DNA from: Macrostomum lignano
Lineage: Eukaryota
Assembly: GCA_002269645.1 (NCBI GenBank)
Contig: NIVC01003635.1
Span: forward strand, 1-64,000
Reading direction: 5' to 3'
Length of the DNA stretch: 64,000 nt
Part shown: positions 24,500 through 35,749 of the stretch, one piece after another
How the letters are laid out: every line of letters begins with the position of its first letter
Position numbering within the stretch: position 1 is the stretch's first letter
Program-made: the position numbers and the translations under genes
Notes under the pieces: generated by a model
Seen by the model: the letters and a program-made list of their open reading frames with translations, nothing else
What the model was told of the DNA's origin: nothing
Databases searched by the model: none

Positions 24500-26016
24500 A
24501 AAATTAAAACAGATTCGATGCTTTTCAGCCACAGCCACAAAACAGTCAGTCAACGTCACAGTTCGCCCAAGGCCATGCCGCTTCCGCTCCGTCCGCTGGT
24601 GCAGCAGGACCAGCGCCAACGGGACTTGGTCGCCGCGGCCGGAGTGGCCCAACAGCATCTGGCGGCGCCGGCGCAGGATAACGCTCAGGTCTGGAACGCC
24701 GGCGCCGGGCCATCAGGTCTCTGAAGGGCAACTTCGGGATAGTGCACGCCCAGGGCGTAGCGCAGCAGAGACCTGTGAAGCACTCCAGGGCTAGCTCTCG
24801 TGTGTCGGTCATCGGCACCCTTCCATGCCGTACAGGATTCCATGCCGTACAGCATTCCATGCCGTACAGGAGGACCGGCTCCACGGCCGCGTGGAAGAGG
24901 CGCACCTTCAGGCCGTCCCTCGCAGCTGAGTTGAAGACATTCCTAAGCAGGTGCGTTGCGCGCCAGGGCCTGGTTCCGATTTCCCGTCGGAGACAATGGA
25001 GTCCGGACTCGTTGCTAGCGATCTGAGGTACCGGAAGTCCTCGCACATGGCGAGATGGCGTCTCCGTCGGGTAGCGAAAGTGCCGGGGCGGTGTCAGTGC
25101 CCATCGTGCATCACCTGTCTTGCGCGCGTTGACCACCAGTCCCACCCGGGCGCCCTCATCACAGAGCCGGGAAAGAGTGCGTTGGGCAGCAGCTGGCCGC
25201 GGTCGCAACAGAGGAGCGCGGTATCATCGGCATACGCGAGAGCAGGCAGCGGAACAGCAGGATATCGGTAGCTTCGTCGTGGGACCAGCATATGTAGCAG
25301 TCATCTTCTTGATGGGAGCGACGCAGCAAATAATCCACGACTATGATGAAAAGCAGGGGAGCCAGCGTGTCGCCCTGCACGACGCCGGAGGTTGTGCCGA
25401 AAACCTCAGTGGGTCCGTCGCTCGTCTGAACAAACGCCCTGGAATCACTGTACAGCAGGTCCATCACTCCAGCTACCATGCAGTGCAGGGGGAACGCCGT
25501 AGTAGGACAGCAACTACGCGATCGCGAGCCTGAGCACCGAGTCAAACGCCTTACGGAAGTCCATGAAGACGATCGACACTGCATGCATGCTCGTTGGCGG
25601 GTCTTGCAGGCCTCGATGACGGTGAACCTGCTCTGTGGTGGACCTGCCCGGGCGGAAGCCGCTCTGAAGACTCAGCAGCATCTGTTTGAGGCCAGGCAGA
25701 AGGCGGTTGCGGAGCACTGCATTCAGCAGCTTCGCCATGGTGTACTCCAGCGCGATGCCGCGATGATTGTCCAGGCTTTTAGAGGCCCCCTTCTTTGGGA
25801 TCGAAACGATCTTCCAGATGCGTCATTGTGGTGGGGCACATGCAGCCACGTCGCCTCCAACTCTGCTTGGGCAGCTTCAGGACCACCCTGGCGGGAATGG
25901 AATCGACCCCAGAGGCGGCATCAGCGCGCATGGTCTTTAAGGCCCGGCCAACTTCCTCGGAAGAGATATTGGGTATCGACAACAGTAGAGCAGTAGCGTT
26001 GAGCACATCGCTCTAG
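24500..26016 (-). mobile_element. Degenerate 5'-truncated non-LTR retrotransposon (RTE-like RT)
   Basis: Frameshifted RT motifs: EEVGRALKTMRADAASGVDSIP, QSGFRPGRST, FMDFRKAFDSV, GVVQGDTLAPLLFIIVVD, LAYADDTALL and KVRLFHAAVEPVLLYG. The 3' boundary is approximate. Confidence 0.9.
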
Positions 26017-26039
26017 TGTGAGACCAGCTGGGCTTACTC

Positions 26040-26570
26040 TCAGGGATCTCACACACCTGAGAAAGATCCTCTCAGGTATCTCACACTTGGATATATCCTT
26101 TCAGGGATCTCACACCTGAGATAGATCCTATCAGGGATCTCACACACCTGAGATAGATCTTCTCAGGGATCTCACACACCTGAGATAGATCTTCTCGGGG
26201 ATCTCACACCTGAGATTGATCCTCTCAAGATGATCTCACACCTGAGATAGATCCTCTCAGGGATCTCACACCTGTGATAGATCCTCTCAGTGATCTCACA
26301 CACCTGAGATAGATCTTCTCGGGGATCTCACACCTGAGATTGATCCTCTCAAGATGATCTCACACCTGAGATAGATCCTCTCAGGGATCTCACACCTGTG
26401 ATAGATCCTCTCAGTGATCTCACACACCTGAGATAGATCTTCTCAGGGATCTCACACACCTGAGATAGATCTTCTCGGGATCGCACACCTGAGATTGATC
26501 CTCTCAATATGATCTCACACCTGAGATAGATCCTCTCAAGCGGATCTCACACCTGAGATAGATCCATTCA
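26040..26570. repeat. ~30-bp minisatellite family B, copy in duplication unit 1
   Basis: GATCTCACACCTGAGATAGATCCTCTCAGG with length variants. Confidence 0.92.
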
Positions 26571-27346
26571 CCTACTCTGGACCTCTCATCCAAGATAAAT
26601 ATTTTCAGAATCTCACGCTTCGAAGGCCATTGTAAGAGATGAACTCATTTAGAATAGCCGTAACATCTTGGAATCTGACGCTCATATGGCGTCATTTAAT
26701 TCCATTTAGCAGCGTGAGATGGGGGTGGGGTGGCCAGACCTGCAAATGGCGCCACCTTTTTGGTAGACAATGCGCAGTTTTTAGTGCTTGCCGTTGATTT
26801 ACTAAATAAGAGGACGAGCTAAATAAATAAGATAATTTTCGCGTCTTACTTCAGCAAAAAATCATGCAATGAGCAGTCGATTATGATTCTGTTAACTAGC
26901 TACTATAGATGTGAACAGGAAATCTTGGACAAAGTTTAGTATTTTAAAAACTCAAGAAGATAGAGACGTAGCTCATAATTGAGGCTTCATACATTTATTG
27001 GTACCGAGAAAACATACTTGAATACTCTGGTTGTGCACGAGATTTGAACTAGCTTAACGAGATTCAATAGCTATTTGTGTTTTTTTCTTTCAAATATCAG
27101 AAAAAGCAAGAGCCTCGCTGATAATAATATTAACAAACAAAATTACTTGAAAAATTGAAAATCTAACTGTTAGAAATCAAAAAAGTATTGTGAAAACAAT
27201 TTGTTAGAGTAATATTTTTTTTCAAATCTTTGGCAAATCTTTAACGATAAATTGATGAAAGCAGATTTTGAATAAAATTGTTGATACTATGCAATAAAAA
27301 AGGTAAAAACTTAAAAGTCTTCTTTTATAATATTTTAGCTTTTAAA

Positions 27347-28252
27347 TCAAGAAGTACTGAAGTAGTTTAGTTCAGTTGTCCATACTACAACTGTGGGCTC
27401 TTCCTCATCAGCTGAGCACCTGCAGCAACAGGCACAAAAACAGCAGATAGCGACGAAAGCTAAGCCGCCTCCACCTCCGGCGCCAATAATGACAATAATC
27501 GAGGTTCCCCCACCACTCTTCTTAGCAGTGCGACTTTCCAGTTCATTGCCAGACTTCAGAACCAGCAGCTCTGGCATTGTTGGCGTGGTTGGAACTTCAG
27601 CTGCCGCAGTTGGCTTGGCTGGAACTTCAACTGCCGTAGTTGACTTGGCTGGAACTTCAGCTGCCGCAGTTGGCTTGGCTGGAACTTCAACTGCCGCAGT
27701 TGACTTGGCTGGAACTTCAACTGCCGAAGTTGGCTTGGCTGGAACTTCAACTGCCGCAGTTGACTTGGCTGGAACTTCAACTGCCGCAGTTGGCTTGGCT
27801 GGAACTTCAGCTGCCGCAGTTGACTTGGCTGGAACTTCAGCTGCCGCAGTTGGTTTGGCTGGAACTTCAACTGCCGTAGTTGACTTGGCTGGAACTTCAG
27901 CTGCCGCAGTTGGTTTGGCTGGAACTTCAACTGCCGTAGTTGACTTGGCTGGAACTTCAACTGCCGCAGTTGACTTGGCTGGAACTTCAACTGCCGCAGT
28001 TGGTTTGGCTGGAACTTCAGCTGCCGAAGTTGGCTTGGCTGGAACTTCAACTGCCGCAGTTGGCTTGGCTGGAACTTCAACTGCCGCAGTTGACTTGGCT
28101 GGAACTTCAACTGCCGCAGTTGACTTGGCTGGAACTTCAACTGCCGCAGTTGACTTGGCTGGAACTTCAACTGCCGCAGTTGGCTTGGCTGGAACTTCAG
28201 CTGCCAGAAGCAGCAGTAAGGCAATTGGCAAAAGGCACTGTCTAGCAATCAT
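27347..28252 (-). CDS. Unknown type-I membrane protein, paralog 1: signal peptide, 21 x 10-aa repeat, TM, Cys-rich tail (~301 aa)
   Basis: ATG at 28252. MIARQCLLPIALLLLLA is signal-like. The stalk is (A/T/S)A(V/A)EVPAK(P/S)T x21, followed by SIIVIIGAGGGGGLAFVAICCFCACCCRC. A TATA box lies ~120 nt upstream. A further 3' exon cannot be excluded. Confidence 0.7.
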   Translation of the reverse strand: MIARQCLLPIALLLLLAAEVPAKPTAAVEVPAKSTAAVEVPAKSTAAVEVPAKSTAAVEVPAKPTAAVEVPAKPTSAAEVPAKPTAAVEVPAKSTAAVEVPAKSTTAVEVPAKPTAAAEVPAKSTTAVEVPAKPTAAAEVPAKSTAAAEVPAKPTAAVEVPAKSTAAVEVPAKPTSAVEVPAKSTAAVEVPAKPTAAAEVPAKSTTAVEVPAKPTAAAEVPTTPTMPELLVLKSGNELESRTAKKSGGGTSIIVIIGAGGGGGLAFVAICCFCACCCRCSADEEEPTVVVWTTELNYFSTS

Positions 28253-28371
28253 CTTCAAGGGTTTAGTCTAGTTGGCTATTATAACAATAGCAAGCAACAA
28301 TTACTGTGGTGGACGACTGTTTCCGAGCGTTTAAAAACTTCGGTTAGCATATTTCGTCAGATGCATATAGA

Positions 28372-28404
28372 CTTATATAGAAATTTAGTAACAAGGTACT
28401 TCTT
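28372..28404 (-). promoter_or_regulatory. TATA box block of paralog 1 (also 30005-30035 and 38827-38851)
   Basis: Minus strand reads CCTTGTT(A/G)CTAAATTTCTATATAAG. It is conserved ~120-125 nt upstream of all three ATGs. Confidence 0.7.
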
Positions 28405-28717
28405 GAGAAAAAAACTGAATTTTTGAGCCAACTCTTGCCTAAGTAGAGTAAAGTATCCTACGAGCTAAGTAGAAAAACGTGTGATGTTTTTTGCTCGCAA
28501 CTTCTTTTAATTCTCGTGTCAGAGATAAAATTAAACCAATTAATACGACTCGAATCCTGGATTTCAAGGCCGACTTATAGTAAACACGAAATGCGCTCAA
28601 TTGCATTCGTCTCTTGACCGAATATGTTGTCTAGCAAGCGATGCCTAAAATACATCTAAATACGATTCCTTCATTTCTAATCTATGAAATCTCGTTAATG
28701 AATAAGAATCTCACAAA

Positions 28718-29030
28718 CCTGAGTTGGATCCTCTCAAGGATTTCACACCTGGGATAGATCCTCTCAAGGATTTCACACCTGGGATAGATCCTCTCAAGGA
28801 TTTCACACCTGGGATAGATCCTCTCAAGGATTTCACACCTGGCATAGATCCTCTCAAGGATTTCACACCTGGGATAGATCCTCTCAAGGATTTCACACCT
28901 GGGATAGATCCTCTCAAGGATTTCACACCTGGGATAGATCCTCTCAAGGATCTCACACCTGGGATAGATCCTCTCAAGGATCTCACACCTGAGATGGATC
29001 CTCTCAAGGATCTCACACCTGAGATGGATC
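28718..29030. repeat. 30-bp minisatellite family B, unit 2 (~10 copies)
   Basis: Unit GGATTTCACACCTGGGATAGATCCTCTCAA. Confidence 0.95.
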
Positions 29031-29490
29031 CATTCAGCTACACTGAATCTCATACCTAACGCACGTCGTAAATCTTTTCAGAATCTCGCACTTCGAACGC
29101 CAGTAAGGTGTAAAAGATGAACTCAATTAGAATAAGTCGCAACATCTGGGAGCTAGACTCGACGCCCATATGGCGTCATGTATTTCTATTTTAGCGGCGT
29201 GAGATAGGGGTGGGGTGACCAAACCTTGCACGATGGCGCCACTTTTTATCGTACGAGCTTGTAGACAATGCGCAGCTTTTAGTGCTTCACGTTGATCTAG
29301 CTCGCACATACCAAGAAGAGAAGTAAACAAGATAACTGTGAATTGAATTTTTACATTTTTGCCACTCTTTTTGCGCACGAGATTTTAACTCCTCCATGTG
29401 AAAAAATGTCTAATATCAATTTGCCTCAGTTAACATCCGGAAAAAAATTGAGAATCTCGAGTACTTATTGAACAATAGTACAAGTAATAA

Positions 29491-29880
29491 TTAAAAAATT
29501 GTCGACAAATTGAACATCGAACATCGAACGACGAACACTGTGCCGCCTCCGCCTCCGGCGCCAATAATAACAATAATTGAGGTTCCCCCACCACTCTTCA
29601 TAGCAGTGCGACTTTCCAGTTCATTGCCAGACTTCAGAACCAGCAGCTCTGGCATAGTTGGCGTGGTTGGAACATCAGCTGCCGTAGTTGAGTTGGCTGG
29701 AACTTCAACTGCCGCAGTTGGTTTGGCTGGAACTTCAACTGCCGCAGTTGACTTGGCTGGAACTTCAACTGCCGCAGTTGGCTTGGCTGGAACTTCAACT
29801 GCCGCAGTTGGCTTGGCTGGAACTTCAGCTGCCAGAAGCAGCAGTGAAGCAATTGACAAAAAGCACTGTCTAGCAATCAT
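29491..29880 (-). CDS. Paralog 2 of the repeat-stalk protein: 6 repeats, TM/tail diverged or truncated (~129 aa)
   Basis: ATG at 29880, MIARQCFLSIASLLLLA. Near-identical to paralog 1 through MPELLVLKSGNELESRTA.KSGGGTSIIVIIGAGGGGG, then diverges (TVFVVRCSMFNLSTIF*) with no Cys tail. May be a pseudogene or spliced. Confidence 0.6.
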   Translation of the reverse strand: MIARQCFLSIASLLLLAAEVPAKPTAAVEVPAKPTAAVEVPAKSTAAVEVPAKPTAAVEVPANSTTAADVPTTPTMPELLVLKSGNELESRTAMKSGGGTSIIVIIGAGGGGGTVFVVRCSMFNLSTIF

Positions 29881-30369
29881 CTTCAGGGTTTCTTTAGTCT
29901 CCAGTTTGTGATTTAACAATAGCAAACAACACAAGGTTAGGTTATAACTGACTGTTTACGAGCGGTTTAATTAAAATTCGCTAGCATTTCGGCAAAAGCA
30001 TTTACTTATATATATAGAAATTTAGTAACAAGGTACTTCGATCTTTTTTGAGAAGAAAGCTGAATTCGTGAGCCACTCTTGCCCCTCCATCTGCAAGCTC
30101 AAAGCAGCATTACCTACTTTATGTATACGTACAATTGTACGGTCACGGAAGCTTTTTGTGCAAAGCAAAGATTGAGAAATTCCAATCTCGCTACTTCTAC
30201 TCTTAGTAGTGAGTTCGCGATATTATAATCATAGATAGCTTTTTAAAGATTAGAAATTTTTTATTAAATATTCCAAGACTGGTAGACTAACTTTCAGGCT
30301 GAACAGTGGCTAATCTCATCCAGTCTCGGTCTCTCAATCTTAATTACTGACCTCAGAACATCTTTAGCA

Positions 30370-30903
30370 TGCGTCGCGGCGGCAGCAGCGTCTGAGCGGC
30401 CTTCCGTTCGATCCGAGCCGTCCTCCAGTCCGAAGCGCTGCCCGACCGCCAGAGGGCTCGGCTGTGGCAGGCGGTGGTCGAAACCGTCCTGCTATACAAC
30501 GCCGAGACGTGGACGCTGACGGCTACGCTAGAGCGGCAGCTGGACTAGGCGCACTCAGGGCTGCTCCGTGCGGCCTTTCGAGCTGACGAGAGCGTCGGGA
30601 CCGAGGCCCTGTACGATCGGGCCAAGCTGCAGCGCCCGTCCACCATCCTGCGCCGGCGGCGACCTCAACTGGCGGGCCACGCGATCCGGGCCGAGGGCTA
30701 CTGCCCCCAACCTGTTCAGGACGTCCTGCTTCTCACCTTGCAGGGCCGTTCACGCGGGGTCACGCCCGAAACCGTCGATACGTGGACTGCCTGCCGTGCG
30801 ATGCCGGGGGCGCCCGACACTGCCAACGGGGCAGACTTGGTCGCACCCTGCACTGTGATCTTGCATTCTGGGGCTGCGTATTTTGTTGTTGTTGCTGTTG
30901 TTA
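30370..30903 (+). mobile_element. 5'-truncated RTE-like LINE 3' end with (TTG)n tail and TSD
   Basis: Encodes LWQAVVETVLLYNAETWTLTATLERQLD*AHSGLLRAAF...LQLAGH. The tail is TTGTTGTTGTTGCTGTTG, and TTAGCA is duplicated at 30364-30369 and 30904-30909. Confidence 0.85.
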
Positions 30904-31714
30904 TTAGCAACACATCACTTCATCTTCACCTGGGGAGCCAACAAAGAATGGAATACAATTTTTTTGAATAAAGCGACGTCGCTTCTTCTGACCTCAGCCT
31001 AAAGTCTCTTAGCCATTCCCCGTAAGCCTTGACATCTCAGTAATTTTCCCCAAGTGCCACAGCATTATAGCAGTTCCTAAATGAATCTTTCATGTTTTAC
31101 ATAACGCTTTCTCATAACGAAGCCTGGAAGATTATTTTGAAGCTCCAAGGCAGCAACAGCTAGGTTTTTAAACTCTGCGTAGCACAGGCACACCATCTTG
31201 CTGAAGTCAAATCTGCCAAACATGCAATTCCAAAAGCATTGTGAAGGTTAGCATCCTTTTTTGTCCAAAAAGCCTTCATTTCCATATTATCTAAAACTAA
31301 TCTAAGCTTCTCACCAATGTTTTGGGCTTTAGGCTTCCACCACTGCAGTACTTCTCTCCTCAAGGGTAGCGCCGGTAGTTGCTGTCACCAGTCCCTGAGG
31401 GTCCTAGTCTTCGGTGAGGTGAGGGTCTCGTCGGAACAAAAATAAACAAGACCAGCGGGCAGATTCACGACTCCAACGACCGCAGGTTAGCAGATCCTGC
31501 AAGGCTCAGTGAGGCGACTGGGTCAGAGCAGACTCAGTTGTCTGGGTTTAGGATGAGAACTGATTCACAGAACACGGGCACTGGAATTCGAACACAATAA
31601 TATAATGGAAATCGGGATTGTGAAAAAGACTTAAATCTGCTGGAATCTGGTCCGTATTTATAGCCGGGGGAACCCCATTGGCCAAGCGAGATATGACGTG
31701 AGAAACTCACGTGG

Positions 31715-32710
31715 CGCAACCTAACACTAACCCTAAGCAAACCCTATCATAAAGCCTTAATTCATCATCTAAATCAAAGGCAAATACTCGTAATTTTGTT
31801 CTTTCTCCACAAAGCTATAGTTCAAGGGAATCCAAAAAGAAAGGGAATTCAAAACGTCCAGGAATGAGAATCCTGAGGGAATACCAATTAGTTGAGGAAA
31901 GGGAATCCTGAGGGAATACCAATTAGTTGAGGAAAGAGAATCCTGAGGGAATACCAATTAGTTGAGGAAAGAGAATCCTGAGGGAATACCAATTAGTTGA
32001 GGAAATGGAATCCAGAGGGAATACCAATTAGTTGAGGAAAGAGAATCCCGAGGGAATACCAATTAGTTGAGGAAAGAGAATCCTGAGGGAATACCAATTA
32101 GTTGAGGAAAGAGAATCCTGAGGGAATACCAATTAGTTGAGGAAAGAGAATCCTGAGGGAATACCAATTAGTTGAGGAAAGAGAATCCTGAGGGAATACC
32201 AATTAGTTGAGGAAAGAGAATCCTGAGGGAATACCAATCAGTTGAGGAAAAAGAATCCAGAGGGAATACCAATTAGTTGAGGAAATGGAATCCAGAGGGA
32301 ATACCAATTAGTTGAGGAAAGAGAATCCAGAGGGAATACCAATTAGTTGAGGAAAGAGAATCCTGAGGGAATACCAATTAGTTGAGGAAAGAGAATCCCG
32401 AGGGAATACCAATTAGTTGAGGAAAGAGAATCCCGAGGGAATACCAATTAGTTGAGGAAAGAGAATCCTGAGGGAATACCAATTAGTTGAGGAAAGAGAA
32501 TCCTGAGGGAATACCAATTAGTTGAGGAAAGAGAATCCAGAGGGAATTCCAATTAGTTGAGGAAAGAGAATCCAGAGGCAATACCAAATCCTGGCATAAA
32601 GTGAATCCCAAGGGAATTCCCAGAGGCAACAAATTTCAAGAACATCTCCAATTGTTCTCACCCGAGTCAAACGATTCTCAGCGAGCGTATTTCCGAGATA
32701 CGACTGCAAC
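31715..32710 (-). pseudogene. Relic duplicate of RAD54L2 exon 6 3' end plus intron 6
   Basis: 32657-32708 CTCACCCGAGTCAAACGATTCTCAGCGAGC.. aligns to 43819-43880 CTCACCTGAGTCAAACGACTCTCAGC..GCGAGC (AENRLTR|GTGAG vs AESRLTQ|GTGAG). The 25-bp GTTCTTTCTCCACAAAGCTATAGTT is identical at 31798 and 43695, and the ACCCTATCATAAAG block is shared. Confidence 0.75.
31865..32585. repeat. 35-bp minisatellite, ~20 copies, inside the intron relic
   Basis: Unit GAGAATCCTGAGGGAATACCAATTAGTTGAGGAAA. Confidence 0.95.
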
Positions 32711-33134
32711 CCCGTCCCGTATAACAGATGAAATCTTTTATGCCGCAGGTTAAAATATCAAGAAGAGCACCAGAAGCTTCTGCCCAACCTAAAACAAACT
32801 ACATGCTATACTACTATCAGCGAAATTTAGGTAAGTAGTAGGATACGTCTGTGCTGTCTATTTAGAGTTTCAATTAATTAAAAAATTTTTTTTAACTTAG
32901 TTAAAACAAGGTTTTTTATTTTTTATGCAGAATGATAGCGCCGACAGTCACTCCGATCTCTGATCAAGATTGAACCAAATTACTGAAGTGTTGGCAGCAG
33001 AATTAGTTAAAATGCTTTTTGGGAGCAGGATACGAGCTTAAATCGACATGGTCCTAAATTATGAAGCTCTGAAAATCGATGCTAAAACTTTGTTCTTAAC
33101 TCTTTCGTCAGTTCGCTAGCTTCCTTAGCTTAAT

Positions 33135-33615
33135 TGGATCTCACACCTGAGATGGAGTGTCAGTATCTCACACCTGAGATAGATCCTGTCAGTATCTCAC
33201 ACCTGAGATAGATCCTGTCAGTATCTCACACCTGAGATAGATCCTGTCAGTATCTCACACCTGAGATAGATCCTGTCAGTATCTCACACCTGAGATAGAT
33301 CCTGTCAGTATCTCACACCTGAGATAGATCCTGTCAGTATCTCACACCTGAGATAGATCCTGTCAGTATCTCACACCTGAGATAGCTCCTGTCAGTATCT
33401 CACACCTGAGATAGATCCTGTCAGTATCTCACACCTGAGATAGCTCCTGTCAGTATCTCACACCTGAGATAGATCCTGTCAGTATCTCACACCTGAGATA
33501 GATCCTGTCAGTATCTCACACCTGAGATAGATCCTGTCAGTATCTCACACCTGAGATAGATCCTGTCAGTATCTCACACCTGAGATAGATCCTGTCAGTA
33601 TCTCAGTATCTCACA
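33135..33615. repeat. 29-bp minisatellite family B, unit 3 (~16 copies)
   Basis: Unit CAGTATCTCACACCTGAGATAGATCCTGT. Confidence 0.95.
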
Positions 33616-33652
33616 GTTTGTACGCGAACTTTTGTAACACCTACCTTTGTAG

Positions 33653-33932
33653 TACCGGAGCAACTACCGGATCTGCTCGCTGCATTTTTCGGAAAGGTTC
33701 TTTGTAACCAACTCTCAGGACTCCAACTCCAGCCGCAAGCGCTCCTCATTTGCAGATGCAGATGGACAAGCAAAGAAGCTGAAAAATCGACGGTTGGTTA
33801 ACTTCTGATGCCGTACCCAGCATCCTTCCAAACGCGCCATCCTACTTCATCGAAACTGTTCCTGAGAAACGACCTACCACAATGACATCTGCTCAGACTC
33901 GGCGAGAGTGGCATGCGTCGCTGCGAGGATGA
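33653..33932 (+). pseudogene. THAP-domain fragment (P-element/THAP transposase-type), frameshifted
   Basis: YRSNYRICSLHFSERFF...KLKNRRL, then after a frameshift SDAVPSILPNAPSYF. These are the C-terminal C..H and AVP(S/T)I motifs of THAP. The N-terminal CxxC was not found. Confidence 0.65.
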
Positions 33933-34439
33933 GGCACAAACATTTTGAAGTCAAAACTGTCTGAGAAATGAGCTATAGCTCTGATGTATACTCGTAGTAG
34001 ACTTTGCTTTTGTTTTATAGAGTCATACAAAGTATTTTTATACAGCTTGCCCCAGCAATTTTCTGCTCTGTAGGTAAGCTAATTTCACTCTCTTTTGCTT
34101 GATTATCACCTAAGGGTAACCATTTCATTTTTTATTTCATATGTTTGCATAGCCTGAAGGGTTGTAAAGTATTTTTCTCGCACTAACAAAACGGAAGTTT
34201 TTTGAATAATACAAATTAACCTTGGAGACCTAAAGTTCTGAATGTTTTGCGTTGAATAGTGCAAACCGCATCTTTCTATGACTTTTAGTTAAAAAGTTAT
34301 CAATCATAGAAATGAAAAAACGTTGCATTTTCCTATTCATTCACTGCTTTCCAATTGGGGTTTTACCCCTAAACTTGTTATGCTGCCTAAACTAGTGTCC
34401 CTTCCTGGGGAGTGCAGCAACCATACTAGAGGCTTCTCT

Positions 34440-35749
34440 GGTTGTGTCATAAATCCGCTGACAAACATCTCTAGTTTCTTTCCTACTTCTTTTTTTGAGT
34501 TGATATTTTAGTGTAGGGCTCTAGGGCTCATGACAGTTATGTCTATAAAAAATATTTTTTGTAGCTTTAATATAAGACAGAAAATCCTGTATCTTTCATA
34601 CCACCATGGAGAAAAGTGAATTTTCAAAGCGTACTATCATTTGGTCACTGTGGAAACAACAAAAGAAGCAGTTCCGACATCTTGCGCGAAATGCAACAAA
34701 TATTCGGCGAAGATGCACCTTCCAAACAAACTGTGTCAAAGTGGGTCCAGCGCTTCGAGGCTGGCTGGGAGACTGTAGATGATGCTCCTCGCTCAGGTGC
34801 TCCACGAACGTCTACCACTGATGAAAACATCCAGCGGGTGCTGCACGCCCTGAATGATGATCGTCGCGTGGGCGTGACCCTTCGGCAACTTGAAGACTCT
34901 CTGGAGATACACATGAAGAGCATTCATTGCATCATTGCTGATCATCTCAACATGACACGAGTTGTTGCTCGATGGGTCCCCAAACTCTTGACACCGGCCC
35001 AGCTGCAGGAGAGGGTCCGTATCTGCAACCAACTTATGAATGCTTATCGAAACGAGCCGGACTTTCTTGGTCACCTATAGTGACTGGTGATGAATCATGG
35101 TTTCACACTACTACGAACCAGAGACCAAGCAGCAGAGTAGCGTATGGAAGGCACATGATGAAGCCCCACCTGTCGAGGCCAAGACTGTACAGTCTGCTGG
35201 GAAGCGCATGGCAACAGTCTTTTGGGACAGAGAAGGCATCTTGCTAATTGAATGACTACCGGAAGGAAGAACCATCAACGCTCAGTATTACTGTGAAATC
35301 ATGGAGCAGCTGCATGAAAAGATCAAGATTGAGCACCGTGGAATGATCACTAGGGGCATATTGCTGCAGCATGACAATGCCAGGCCACATACCTGCAATG
35401 CAACTCTGGACACGATCAAGAGACTAGACTTTGAGCTTCTGCCGTACCCTGCCTATTCTCCTGACCTGGCCCCCAGTGACTACTGGTTGTTTTCTAAAAT
35501 GAAAGAGCCACTTCGTGGTCACTGCTATGGAAGCCTTTCTGCTCTTGGCTCTGCGATCAACCAGTGGTTGCGAAGTGTCCCCAGAGAATTCTTCGCTCAG
35601 GGCATCAGCAAGCTGCCAGAAAGATGGCACAAATGTGTTCAGCTCCGGGGTGACTATGTTGAGAAGTGTGACATTGATTATTAAGAGTTCCTGTTTTTAC
35701 TTGTTTAATAGTTAAAATTTGTCAGCAAACTTATGAGACAACCCTCGTA
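34440..35749 (+). mobile_element. Mariner (DD34D) transposon, transposase frameshifted (34606-35684)
   Basis: Motifs: HTH SKQTVSKWVQRF, PRSGAP, RWVPKLLT, IVTGDESW, LLQHDNARPH and YSPDLAPSDYWLF, with 34 residues between the 2nd and 3rd Asp. The right TIR (35718-35749) ends CCCTCGTA. The left TIR core (34440-34465) matches at 22/26 but its outer end is disrupted. Confidence 0.93.

Noticed and set aside
27393-28271. + strand 292-aa ORF (VGLAGTSTAA)n and the QLRQLKFQPS ORFs
   Set aside because: Antisense or alternative-frame shadow of the 30-bp coding repeat. Only the chosen frame has a signal peptide, TM and TATA.
26040-33615. Regular 29-35-bp arrays resembling CRISPR
   Set aside because: Head-to-tail repeats without unique spacers, no cas genes, eukaryotic context.
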